DNA of 64,000 bases from Promethearchaeota archaeon (GTDB lineage Archaea; Asgardarchaeota; Lokiarchaeia; Sigyniarchaeales; SOKP01): assembly GCA_029838195.1 (NCBI GenBank), contig JALGVJ010000002.1, positions 64,001-128,000 of the forward strand. Direction: 5' to 3'. How positions within the stretch are numbered: the stretch's first letter is position 1; every line of letters starts with the position of its first letter. The notes under the pieces are model-generated. The model ran no database searches. It was given only the letters and a program-made list of their open reading frames with translations, and had not been told where the DNA came from. The translations under genes were made by a program, and so were the position numbers. Positions 29,388-39,296 of this stretch are shown one piece after another.

Positions 29388-30184
29388 TAGTCTCCTTCCT
29401 CACTAAAGATTTTCTCAATATAATCATCTGAAAAACATTTCTCTCCATTTTTGGATAAGGTGCGTTTGCAAAACTCTTTAAGACCCGCTTTCTTGCAATA
29501 ATGGAGCATTACTTTTGGAAACTCATCCGTGATAAGCGCATCTCCGTACCACAATAACGTGCCATAATCTGCTACTATGCCAATATCCTCTCGATGCGTG
29601 ATTAATAATATTGTCATGTTAAGTTCTTTTATCTTATTGAAAATCCTCAAAAAATCTTCCACGATAATAAAATCAAGCCCGGAATCAGGCTCATCTAAAA
29701 TTATCAAATGGGGACGCATGGCTATGGTAGCTGCTAATTCAATGCGCTTTCTCTCTCCTCCACTTAGAGTTTCGTCGATTTTCCTTGATAAATATTTCTC
29801 TGGCTCTAAAGAAACGATTTCTAATGCTTCTCTTACCCGTTCTTCGCAATTTGTTTTCTCGCGAATCCCTAATGAAATGTACTTTTCCACGGATAGCCCA
29901 TCTATCCTTGCAGGTTCTTGCCAAGCCAGAGTAATCCCTAATTGAGCCCGCTCCGTGACATTTAAATGTGTAATGTCCTTGCCATTAAATAGTATTTTAC
30001 CCCGTAATATCTTATGCGAATCTAATCCCATGATAGCATAGGCTAACGTGCTTTTTCCTGAACCATTGGGGCCAATTATGGCATGAATCGTGCCCTCTTT
30101 CACGCCAAAGGATACATCATTTACGATGACGCATTTTCCATCTAAGGTGGGGATTGTCACGTTTTGCAGTTCTAATAGATACAT
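29387..30184 (-). CDS. sufC: SufC-like ABC ATPase (SmsC-like)
   Basis: 'GPNGSGKST', 'LSGGERKRIELA', 'LDEPDSG', C-terminal Cys residues; stop overlaps the sufB start. Confidence 0.9.
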   Translation of the reverse strand: MYLLELQNVTIPTLDGKCVIVNDVSFGVKEGTIHAIIGPNGSGKSTLAYAIMGLDSHKILRGKILFNGKDITHLNVTERAQLGITLAWQEPARIDGLSVEKYISLGIREKTNCEERVREALEIVSLEPEKYLSRKIDETLSGGERKRIELAATIAMRPHLIILDEPDSGLDFIIVEDFLRIFNKIKELNMTILLITHREDIGIVADYGTLLWYGDALITDEFPKVMLHYCKKAGLKEFCKRTLSKNGEKCFSDDYIEKIFSEEGD

Positions 30185-30522
30185 GGATGGTCTATTTTCT
30201 TTTTTTCTAAATTCATCTCTATCTCATTTATTCAAGCTATATAATATTTTTTTTAAAGAAAACTTATTGTTCTCCATTTATCTATATAGATAAAAAAAGC
30301 CTTCCAAAAGTCTTAAAAATGATACAATCAGCTCAAATTCGCACATCTTTTCTCCATTTTCCTCTTCGCTGTTAATTTCATGACCATTTAAATCAGCTCT
30401 TTCTTATTATTCTAAGTTTTCTCTCTCATTACAAGATATAATTAAAATCTTTAAATTAAGAGAACTCTATATACTTACATGAAAAATCATGTTAAAAAGA
30501 AAAATTAATTGAGAGTTAAAAA

Positions 30523-31314
30523 ATGGTCAAAAAAGAATATGTTAGTAAAAAAGGAGAAAAGTCTGCGGTAATTATCGAGGATCTGACCTTACAGATTAAA
30601 GAAGGACCAACTATCATACTGGGATTCGCAGGAATCGGATTAATCGGCCCCATAATCTGTAATACCCTTGTAGAGCAAATCCCGGATATTAAAGAAATAG
30701 GATTTGTAACAAGTGAATTACTTCCCCCCATCGCCATCTTCTATGATGGAGTATTAAAACATCCTTTTAGGATTTATTATTCTCCCATGTATAACCTCAT
30801 CGTGGGAATTTGTGAAGTTCCTTTTCAAACACCGAGCGCTTATACGGACTTAGCTAAAACCATTTGTAATTGGGCTTTGTCTGAAGATGTACAAGCGAAA
30901 GAAGTGGTAATTTTTCAAGGAATTCCTCAGAAAGCAATTATTGATGACTTTCCTGTATTCTATGCGGCTGAAGATGATTTAGAAGATCGATTTAAAGATC
31001 TTAACGTTGAAAAAATTTCACGAGGCATCATTAATGGCCCGGAAGCGACTATTATCAACGAAATCCTCACAAATCGCTTACAAGCAATTACCTTATTTAC
31101 ATACGTGTATCAAATTCCCACGCCCGAAGCCGCCGCAGCAATCATTGACGTGTTAAATAAATTATACGATTTAAACATTACCACATCAAAACTCATTGAA
31201 GAAGGAAAAGAGATCAAGGCAAAAATGCTTGAATTAGCCCAGAAAGCACAAGAATATCAGAGACAACAGTTAGGGTCTCCAGAATCTAAAGGATACACGC
31301 AATATTATCAATGA
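30523..31314 (+). CDS. PAC2 family proteasome assembly chaperone, paralog 1
   Basis: 'GFAGIGLIG', 'HPFRIY', 'PTPEAAA', 'LIEEGKEI'; C-terminal HbYX-type 'YYQ'. Confidence 0.88.
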   Translation: MVKKEYVSKKGEKSAVIIEDLTLQIKEGPTIILGFAGIGLIGPIICNTLVEQIPDIKEIGFVTSELLPPIAIFYDGVLKHPFRIYYSPMYNLIVGICEVPFQTPSAYTDLAKTICNWALSEDVQAKEVVIFQGIPQKAIIDDFPVFYAAEDDLEDRFKDLNVEKISRGIINGPEATIINEILTNRLQAITLFTYVYQIPTPEAAAAIIDVLNKLYDLNITTSKLIEEGKEIKAKMLELAQKAQEYQRQQLGSPESKGYTQYYQ

Positions 31315-31505
31315 AAAGAAAAGAAAATGATTTATATAAACTCAACATGAATCATCAAAAATCTACTAACTAAATAAGAAAATCTTGTAAGCCTTAAAGA
31401 TATTATATGAATTAAATTAATTTTAATACGAGAATTAATATTTATACCTTATATTATAAAGTGTTAATAGAAAAAAAATTCAAAATGAAAGCGTGAAAAA
31501 TTCAA

Positions 31506-32300
31506 ATGGTTAAAAAAGAATACATTTGCGATGCTGGAAAAAATAGCAAGGTGGTAATTGAAGATTTTTCAGTACAGATAAAGGAGGGTGCTACATTAAT
31601 TGTAGGCTTTGCAGGTATTGGTCTAATAGGACCTATTGTGTGTAACTCCTTAATTGATCAAATTCCCGATATTAAAGAAATAGGATTTATTACGAGCGAA
31701 TACCTTCCTCCGATTGCAATTTTTTATGAAGGTATTCTCAAGCATCCTTTTAGGATCTATTATTCTCCGATGTATAACCTCATCGTTGGAGTTTGTGAGG
31801 TTCCGTTTCAAATTTTTTCTGCTTATAATGATTTATCGCGAACGATTTGTAATTGGGCTCTCTCTGAAGATGTACGGGCAAAAGAAATAATTGTTTTCCA
31901 AGGTATTCCTCAGCGAGGAATTATTGATGATTATCCCGTTTATTATGCGGCTGAAGAAGAGATGGTTGAGGTGTTAGAGAAACACGGTCTTGAAAAAGTC
32001 GATAAAGGTGTAATTATAGGCCCAGAAGCTACCTTAATTAATGAAGCTCTCACTAATCGACTTAAATCTTACGCTCTTTTTACTCCCGTCTTAGAGATTC
32101 CCACGCCTGAAGGAGCTGCGGCAATCATTGAAGTGTTAAATTCTATTTATGGATTAAATATTGATACTTCCAAGTTAATAGAAGAAGGAAAAGAAATTAA
32201 AGCAAAAATGTTGGAACTTGCGGAGAAAGCTAAGGAATATCAAGCACAGCAATTGGGGTCAGCTAGAGAGAGTCAAGGTTACACGCAATATTATCAATGA
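31506..32300 (+). CDS. PAC2 family proteasome assembly chaperone, paralog 2
   Basis: Tandem paralog with the same motifs and the same 'GYTQYYQ' terminus. Confidence 0.88.
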   Translation: MVKKEYICDAGKNSKVVIEDFSVQIKEGATLIVGFAGIGLIGPIVCNSLIDQIPDIKEIGFITSEYLPPIAIFYEGILKHPFRIYYSPMYNLIVGVCEVPFQIFSAYNDLSRTICNWALSEDVRAKEIIVFQGIPQRGIIDDYPVYYAAEEEMVEVLEKHGLEKVDKGVIIGPEATLINEALTNRLKSYALFTPVLEIPTPEGAAAIIEVLNSIYGLNIDTSKLIEEGKEIKAKMLELAEKAKEYQAQQLGSARESQGYTQYYQ

Positions 32301-32343
32301 ATCTTACATGATTTTTTTTTGATTCCTAATTTCTAGTTTTTCA

Positions 32344-32486
32344 ATTTTAATAAATCATTTATCATGTAAAAGGATAAACACATCCTTTAGGAACAAATAT
32401 TTGATTTTATTTTTTTAAAATCAATGATTAAAAGATTCAAATAGAAGAAGCAGTCAAAAACGAGACCAACCAAGTATTAACTGGAT
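32344..32486. repeat. Copy 1 of an imperfect direct repeat (copy 2 at 34741-34912)
   Basis: Shared blocks ATTTTAATAAATCATTTATCATGTAAAAGGATAAAC, TTTAGGAACAAATATTTGATT, GATTAAAAGATTCAAATAGAAG, ACCAACCAAGTATTAACTGGAT. Confidence 0.9.
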
Positions 32487-32650
32487 GAATTATCATGTTC
32501 ATTTAAATAAAAATTTATTTTTTTAGTGTTTATTTCGTTCTCAACAGTGTTTTTTAAATAAGAGATGGGTTTTTTCTATATCAAATTAAAATAAATTCAT
32601 AATGAATAATTTAGTTAAAGAAAGGAAAAAAAAGATTTTGAGTGAAAATT

Positions 32651-33988
32651 TCATTTCTTTTCCCAATCAAAATCAAGAGTTATTAATTTTTTAGTATAAA
32701 TATATGCAATGATTAAAATTAAGGAACAAATCGGACCCCAAATATAATATCCAATAGGATTTTCATAACTTCCAATGGACGGTAAGGATAAAATGAAACC
32801 TAAAACCATTATTCCAAATGCTTGAAATATATTTAAAAGTATGCTTGGAAATCCTTTATAAATCCCCGCTAATAATTCTCCCGTTCTTTTTTGCTCATCT
32901 TCTGCAAGGTCAGGATTGTAAATTGTCGGAAAGAGATACCAACCCCCCATTATTGCTGTAATTCCGAGCACAAAAATTAATCCAAAAATTATATTTAATG
33001 GCGGACTTAATGGAATTAATCCAATTAAAGATAAGGGAAGCCATATCATTGCGTAAAGGAAAAGGAGCAAGAGAGTGGGTTTCTTTCCATTTTTTTCAAT
33101 TAATCGTCTCCATAACGAAAAGAAAAAAAGTGTTCCTAAAAGTAGAACAAGTGCGGCAATGAGATATTCTATCATACCAAATTTTAAAATAGTTTCGATA
33201 TAAATCAATAAAATTGAGCCTAGCATTATCCAAGCGAAGGAGGCTATGCCTTGCATCAAAGTCACTAGTATATAATTCTTGTGCTTTAAAATCCTTTTTA
33301 AATGTGTGATGTAATTTGATTTTATTTCATGATAAGGTTCCGTTGGTATGAGTACTACGGCAAGATAATAAAATGCTACTAAAAGAATAGCAAGAAAAAG
33401 TACAGTCCAAAGAAAATCAGATGGAATTACATCCGGATTTGCTACGATTTTCTTTCTAGCTTCTGTCAAAACAACAAATGTGAAAATAAGCATGATACCT
33501 TGTCCTATCATTTTAAAAACATTTAATATATGAGAGAGTTTCGGTCGTTCTTCTACAGAGAAAAGTTCAGGGATCCATGCACCGTGGACTGTAGAAAACC
33601 CTACAGAAAATTGAAGTGCCACGTCCCATATTAAAAGCCAAATGAAAAGAGTAGTTTCGCTTGGGTTTTTTAACACCAAATTGGGTAAAAGGACAAAGAT
33701 AAAAGCTATTGCTGTTAAAGGCGCAAAAATAAGCAAATAGGGTTTCCTTCGACCAATCCGAGTATATTTACCATCACTTATCCAACCCAAAAAAAATTGC
33801 GAGGAGGCAATCGAAAGATATCCTACACCTGTTGCTATTCCAACCAATGCGGGATTAACATTATATGCTAATGTATAAAGAAATAATATGGAAAATCCAA
33901 TAGTACCCATAACAAGGGTAGACATTATACTTGGGAAGGAGAATATTACCATTAATTTAGTTGAACCAGGTTTTTTCTCATTATTCAT
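32651..33988 (-). CDS. MFS transporter (GPH/MelB-like)
   Basis: 12 TM; 'GWISDGKYTRIGRRKPY', 'PDLAED...G....GIY'. Confidence 0.9.
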   Translation of the reverse strand: MNNEKKPGSTKLMVIFSFPSIMSTLVMGTIGFSILFLYTLAYNVNPALVGIATGVGYLSIASSQFFLGWISDGKYTRIGRRKPYLLIFAPLTAIAFIFVLLPNLVLKNPSETTLFIWLLIWDVALQFSVGFSTVHGAWIPELFSVEERPKLSHILNVFKMIGQGIMLIFTFVVLTEARKKIVANPDVIPSDFLWTVLFLAILLVAFYYLAVVLIPTEPYHEIKSNYITHLKRILKHKNYILVTLMQGIASFAWIMLGSILLIYIETILKFGMIEYLIAALVLLLGTLFFFSLWRRLIEKNGKKPTLLLLFLYAMIWLPLSLIGLIPLSPPLNIIFGLIFVLGITAIMGGWYLFPTIYNPDLAEDEQKRTGELLAGIYKGFPSILLNIFQAFGIMVLGFILSLPSIGSYENPIGYYIWGPICSLILIIAYIYTKKLITLDFDWEKK

Positions 33989-34279
33989 TTCTATCGTAAT
34001 ATTTTTTTAATTGCTTTTAAATAAGAAGAATTATTTTGCTCCAAATTTAAAGATGTGGTTTTAAAATTAAAAGAAAAAAATTACGGATCAAATTATACTT
34101 CCATGTAGGATTTAATGCTTTTTAATCATATTAATCTATTTTATCTAAACATTTATTATTGAAAATAAAACCTTCCAATTTTATGAAAGAAAAATTCCCT
34201 AAAAAATTCTCAAAAAATAAATTAAGATTTTTCATCTTTTTAATATTTTTATCATTCTATACCCTTCTCTCCTTTAATT

Positions 34280-34734
34280 CCTTCGGTCATGGATTAAAGA
34301 AAAATCTCCGTCCAGGTCTTCTTTCGTTAGAACAGCACGAGCTGCTCTGCCGGCTGAATAGTTTTCATGGAGATCATGCGTTTTTCACAGCTGCGAATTT
34401 GAAATGGTTAGCCTTTCATGAAATACAGCGTGAATTCCATTCCAAGGAGGAATCCGGAAAGCATCCCAAAAAGAAGCGGGGGGCAAAAAGAAAAGCACGC
34501 ATTCGTTCTAAAATAGAAGCCGTCTTTGGAATCATGAAGGAAAATTATCATTTCGGTCCTACTCAGGTCCGGGGAGGGTAGATGATCAAGGACGAAATGG
34601 GTTTGAAGGTGAATGCATGGAATCTTTTCCATTTACTATCCCATGTGGAGGGGCTTTTTTAAGATCGTATCAGTTTAAGGAGATTATTTCATGAAAATTA
34701 ATAAAGAAGGATATTCATTAATTTATCAACAACC
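34280..34734 (+). pseudogene. Degraded DDE transposase remnant (IS4/IS5/IS1182-like) with a possible right terminal IR
   Basis: 'FHGDHAF..AANL' and 'RSKIEAVFGIMKENYHF..TQVRG' motifs; in-frame TAG at 34579-34581 followed by 'EMGLKVNAWNL'; TTATCAACAACC at 34723-34734 resembles an IS end; left boundary approximate. Confidence 0.7.
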
Positions 34735-34740
34735 TTTTGT

Positions 34741-34912
34741 ATTTTAATAAATCATTTATCATGTAAAAGGATAAACGCATTATTTAGGAACAAATATTTG
34801 ATTCTTCTTATTTTTTTTTATAAATCATGAACTCGAACTTCTTTTAAAATAAAGGATTAAAAGATTCAAATAGAAGCAGTCAAAAATAAAACCAACCAAG
34901 TATTAACTGGAT
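34741..34912. repeat. Copy 2 of the imperfect direct repeat; forms the upstream region of the ferredoxin gene
   Basis: Same blocks as 32344-32486 with an internal indel of about 30 bp; ends 8 bp before the ATG at 34921. Confidence 0.9.
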
Positions 34913-34920
34913 AAAAGATT

Positions 34921-35358
34921 ATGTCATTCAAAGAAAAATTTATCCCGGTTCAAATAGATCAAGAAGCTTGCATGCATTGCGAACGTTGTTTAAGAGCTTG
35001 CACTCAAAAAGCCATTTATTTTAAAAATAGTGTTCGTATGGTGGATTATAATAAATGTAAGGGCTGCTTAACTTGCGTGCAAGTGTGTCCGAGAAACGCC
35101 ATCCAAGTTACTTCGGCTTTTCCAAATCAAGTGATAAGCATTAAAATTGACCATGATAAATGTACTGTTTGTGGTAAATGCACGGAAAATGGGTTTTGTC
35201 CTAATCATCTTTTTTATAAAGATATTATCATCAAGGATCATGAAAAAATTGAAGGGATTCGATTCAAATTTAAGGAGATTTCACGATGTCAAAAATGCTT
35301 GCGATGTGAGGTGTCATGCCCCCAAAAAGCCATCATTCCGGTGGTCGTGAAAATATAA
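34921..35358 (+). CDS. Polyferredoxin (4x [4Fe-4S] motifs)
   Basis: 'CMHCERCLRAC', 'CKGCLTCVQVCP', 'CTVCGKC....FCP', 'CQKCLRCEVSCP'. Confidence 0.92.
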   Translation: MSFKEKFIPVQIDQEACMHCERCLRACTQKAIYFKNSVRMVDYNKCKGCLTCVQVCPRNAIQVTSAFPNQVISIKIDHDKCTVCGKCTENGFCPNHLFYKDIIIKDHEKIEGIRFKFKEISRCQKCLRCEVSCPQKAIIPVVVKI

Positions 35359-35397
35359 TTATTTTTTTTCGTGCTCAGCTCAGTTCATTTCAATCTT

Positions 35398-36000
35398 TTA
35401 AACGTTTTTAAATTTCTCTTGAATTTTTTTTATAATGAGGGGTTCGATTTCTGAGAAATTTTGAAAAACATGGATCCCTTCCATTTGTTTTAATTTATTC
35501 ACGTTTTCTAATTCAATATCCCTGATTTTTAAGATGAGGGGGGAGCCATCGGGTCTTGAAGTGACAATCGGTTCGACATGCTGATCGGAAGGTAGAAGAT
35601 ATACGGTTATATTTCCCTTGATGGTTTGGGCAACGCAATTAGTAATTAAAGAATCCGCAATTCCATGTACGATTTTAGCTATGGAATTAGCAGATAAAGG
35701 GCATACTAAAAATAAATCGTATTTTCCTAATTGAAGCGGGCCGGCAAAGAAGGGATTATTTGGCGTCTTTTCCACTTTTATCTTAGTAATGACCTCCGTG
35801 AGGTATAACCATTGTTTATACCACTTTATGACTACTTCACCTTCTTTTGAGAGCATTACCGTGATGTCTATTTTTTCTTGGTAAGTTTCTTGTAATTTTT
35901 TCATGAGATCGATGGATTCTTTAATCAAATACCCTGTTCCTGTCATTCCCCACATGATTTTATAAGGAGATTTTTTATCTGTCATGATAACATTTGGCAT
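35398..36000 (-). CDS. afpA: Archaeoflavoprotein AfpA-like (HFCD flavoprotein, related to dihydromethanopterin reductase)
   Basis: 'WGMTGTG', 'PFFAGPLQLGKYD', 'PLSANSIAKIVHGIADSLITN', 'LPSD'. Confidence 0.8.
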   Translation of the reverse strand: MPNVIMTDKKSPYKIMWGMTGTGYLIKESIDLMKKLQETYQEKIDITVMLSKEGEVVIKWYKQWLYLTEVITKIKVEKTPNNPFFAGPLQLGKYDLFLVCPLSANSIAKIVHGIADSLITNCVAQTIKGNITVYLLPSDQHVEPIVTSRPDGSPLILKIRDIELENVNKLKQMEGIHVFQNFSEIEPLIIKKIQEKFKNV

Positions 36001-36205
36001 GTGGAAATAGTTTTAAAATCTTGAAGCTCTAGATGAAAAGGCATTTTATTTGTCATAATTTTTTTATTCCATATAATTTTTTCTAACTAGAGATTAAGAA
36101 ATTTTGTTAATGGTGAACTCTTTTTTATAATTAAAAAGAATACTGTTGAATGAACAATCTTAACTTGAATAAAATTAAATTACTTCTTACTCATTTGAAT
36201 AAATA

Positions 36206-38704
36206 ATGAATTCAAATAATCTTTCAGAGGTTTCCATTGAAGATAAAAAAATTCCCATTGAAGAATTAGAAAAAATCGATTCTACCTTCAAGATTCGGTC
36301 ATACAAGCAACAAATTAAAAGAATTGAGAAAAAAGGAATAAAACCACAATCCATAGAAGAAGTTTTAGATGACTTTTTTAATAAAACAAGACTTATTAAA
36401 AAATCCACGAAACTAGCAATAACAAAAGTGTATTACTCTCCGAAAGATCGTATCATCATCTTAATAACTAATAAAGGCGGCGAAATCATTAGAAATAGAG
36501 ATCGATTCACGGAAAAATACGGCTGGTTTTTTTTCGTCACTAAAAAAGAATTAAAAAAGAAAAGATCAGAATTGTCAGGTGAAGAAGAAGGGAGCGAAAA
36601 AAAGAAAAAAGAACATAAAGAAATTACAGTTGGCGAATTTGAGTTTCATTTTGAAGATAAAATCATTATGATCAAGCAAAAAAAAAATATGCGCCCTTTA
36701 TATCGAACTAAAGAATACAGAAAATATATCAATTTGATTAAGAAAAAAAATATTCCCCAAGTGCCTATTTTAGAAGTTTTAAAAGATTTTTTCTATGAAT
36801 TTACAAGTATTCCAATTAAAGAAAAAAAAGCAATAGAAAAAATTAATTATTACGAGGAGGATAAAGTAATCGTTATAAAATCTTTCATTGGAGACCAAAT
36901 GTACAACCATCTAACTGAACTTGTAGAGAAGTATGGCTGGTATTTCTACATCACAGGTGTTTCGGTGGGAGAAAGCAAGATTTCCCTGGCAATTGATAAA
37001 ATCGAACGAAAATTTGAAGAAAATCATTGGCAAAACGTGTCGTTTTTGAAGGGAACATCTCTTGAGGATATTAAAATCACGCTTTATCCCATCTCTCAAG
37101 AACCCAATCATAATTGCATGATTTTACAATTTGGAACTTTTACGTTAATGTTGGATTGCGGCATTTCAGAAGAACATTTCGAATATATTAAAGATTATTT
37201 AAATAGATACCCAGAAATCTTGTCAGAAAGTGAAAATAAATTAGGAATCAATAATAATAAGATTCAATGGCAAAAAAATCAAAAATTAGACATTCAGCAA
37301 GAAAATAATTTGGAAACCCCTACTCAAATATCTCAAGGATTAGGAAATACTCTTCCTCCCGATCAAAATGAATATATTACTAATGGCGAGTTTAAAAGAC
37401 AATTAATGAAAGAAAGCTCGCACGATGCGGAGATCCCGAATTCAATGGAACAATCTTCTTTCATTCAAGCTAATTCAAGCCAGCAGGATTCTCACGAACC
37501 ACAACAATTAAACGCAGTCTATATTTCTCATAGTCATTTTGATCATGTTTCTGGCTTAAAAGATCTAATAAAAATATATCCGGATGTTCCTATTTTATGC
37601 TCAAGAATTACTCTGGATCTTTATTTATTAAGAGATTCCAATTTCTTAAAACAAGAAGATTTTTCCACGATTGAAGAAGAAGAGTATGTTAATGTGGTAA
37701 GAAATGTAATTTACGTGGAAAATGGCACGAAAATCAAATTTAAAGATGAGGATTCCTATCTTGCGTTTTTCCACGCGGGGCACATGCCCGGTGCCTTAAT
37801 GTTATTAGTTAAGATTAAAGATTTTAGGCTCTTATACACGGGAGATTATACATATTGGGATATTACTCCATTTGCAGGCACGAGACGATTTTTGGACCAG
37901 ATTTCTAAGCCTATTGACTTCTTGTTGATTGATGGAACAAGTGCATATGAAGAGTTTGGGGATCCCTACAGCCATTTTGATAGTCTCATCTTGTTTTTGG
38001 AACAAAAGGCAGAGTATGGTGACAACACGTTAATTGGGGCAGATCCTTCTTCTTTGGCCATTTCTTTCATGTTGGTTTTCTGGAGGTATTTTCGAAAACT
38101 TCAATTAAGAAGCGATTTCAAAAAAAGACCGAATATTTACGTGGATATGATGGTGAGAAAAAACATCCAAGTTATTAATCACCGTTATGAATATATCTAT
38201 GGTCCCATTTCTCGCTTGATAAAAGATAGAGCAAACCCTTTCAACAGCATCAAATTTCGATGGTTTGACAAAGATGATCTGGACTTTTTGAAGAAGAAAA
38301 ATAACATAATCATCTCTCACCCCCCGGATTTAAGCTATGGAATCATCAGGAACATAATCAATGTGATAGCAAGAAATCCTCATAACTTAATCTTTTTAGC
38401 GGGGTCCATTCAAGAAGAACCCGGATTGTCTCTCGTAGAAGGCTCAAAAAAAATCGTTTTTTCCGACACGTGGACAGTCCCTCTTCGGGCATTATTGTTG
38501 AACACGTTTGCACCTCAGATAAAAATTAAATTACACGGCGATCAAACCCAATTATTTAAAATGATTGAAATATTAGAACCGAAAAATGTGTGCTTTTTCC
38601 ACCAAAATCCTTATAAATTAAATGAAGTCGCTGAAAAAGTTAAGGATATGGGAGTAAATAAAGTGTCCATCCCACGAAAAAGAAAACTCATGATCTTAAA
38701 TTAA
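36206..38704 (+). CDS. Divergent beta-CASP/MBL ribonuclease (aCPSF1-like) with two N-terminal KH-like repeats
   Basis: 'LDCG', 'SHSHFDH', 'AGHMPGA', 'YTGDY', 'IDGT', 'LHGD'; duplicated N-terminal unit ending 'EKYGW(F/Y)F'. Confidence 0.78.
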   Translation: MNSNNLSEVSIEDKKIPIEELEKIDSTFKIRSYKQQIKRIEKKGIKPQSIEEVLDDFFNKTRLIKKSTKLAITKVYYSPKDRIIILITNKGGEIIRNRDRFTEKYGWFFFVTKKELKKKRSELSGEEEGSEKKKKEHKEITVGEFEFHFEDKIIMIKQKKNMRPLYRTKEYRKYINLIKKKNIPQVPILEVLKDFFYEFTSIPIKEKKAIEKINYYEEDKVIVIKSFIGDQMYNHLTELVEKYGWYFYITGVSVGESKISLAIDKIERKFEENHWQNVSFLKGTSLEDIKITLYPISQEPNHNCMILQFGTFTLMLDCGISEEHFEYIKDYLNRYPEILSESENKLGINNNKIQWQKNQKLDIQQENNLETPTQISQGLGNTLPPDQNEYITNGEFKRQLMKESSHDAEIPNSMEQSSFIQANSSQQDSHEPQQLNAVYISHSHFDHVSGLKDLIKIYPDVPILCSRITLDLYLLRDSNFLKQEDFSTIEEEEYVNVVRNVIYVENGTKIKFKDEDSYLAFFHAGHMPGALMLLVKIKDFRLLYTGDYTYWDITPFAGTRRFLDQISKPIDFLLIDGTSAYEEFGDPYSHFDSLILFLEQKAEYGDNTLIGADPSSLAISFMLVFWRYFRKLQLRSDFKKRPNIYVDMMVRKNIQVINHRYEYIYGPISRLIKDRANPFNSIKFRWFDKDDLDFLKKKNNIIISHPPDLSYGIIRNIINVIARNPHNLIFLAGSIQEEPGLSLVEGSKKIVFSDTWTVPLRALLLNTFAPQIKIKLHGDQTQLFKMIEILEPKNVCFFHQNPYKLNEVAEKVKDMGVNKVSIPRKRKLMILN

Positions 38705-39115
38705 ATGATGGTACGTACAATTATGAATACTAACAAAATCAAGGATTTCATTAAAAACGCAAAAAACGTGGGAGAAATCGAGAATCCTGATGGATTTGGA
38801 GAGGCAAGGCGATCCGAATTTGGTGATATTATTTACACTTACGTTAAGATAAAAAAAAATATGATTGCAGAAATTAAATTTGAAGCCTTTGGATGCCATA
38901 TTGCGTTTGCCGTAGCACAAATTATATCAGATATGGTAAAAAACATGACTTTAGAACAAGCATTAAGCTTGACGGAACAAGATTTAAACCGCGTGCTTGG
39001 TCAAGTTCCTCCAAATAAAGAAAAATGTATCTCTTTAGGGTTAGAAAGTTTAAAGAAAGCTATAAAATATTATCAAAATAATGGTAAATTCCAAATACCA
39101 AAATATAGGAATTGA
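38705..39115 (+). CDS. IscU/NifU-N-like protein, degenerate
   Basis: 'KNVGEIENPDGFG', 'GDII', 'KFEAFGC', 'KEKC'; the first conserved Cys is absent. Confidence 0.8.
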   Translation: MMVRTIMNTNKIKDFIKNAKNVGEIENPDGFGEARRSEFGDIIYTYVKIKKNMIAEIKFEAFGCHIAFAVAQIISDMVKNMTLEQALSLTEQDLNRVLGQVPPNKEKCISLGLESLKKAIKYYQNNGKFQIPKYRN

Positions 39116-39296
39116 ACTAAATATTCTCTCATTTTTTCATTATCCTTTATCTTAAATATTAATATTTCATGATTGATTTATTCATTTTTCTTTATATAAA
39201 TAATAATTCATAGCTCAAATTTACAATTTAAAATGAAAACATATTTTTATTTTAACTCTTATATCCTTTCAGAGATGTGAGGTGTTTAATATAAAA

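Noticed and set aside
34159-34581. 140-aa ORF as an intact gene
   Set aside because: The N-terminal part is low-complexity AT-rich sequence; only the distal part resembles a transposase, and that similarity continues past an in-frame stop
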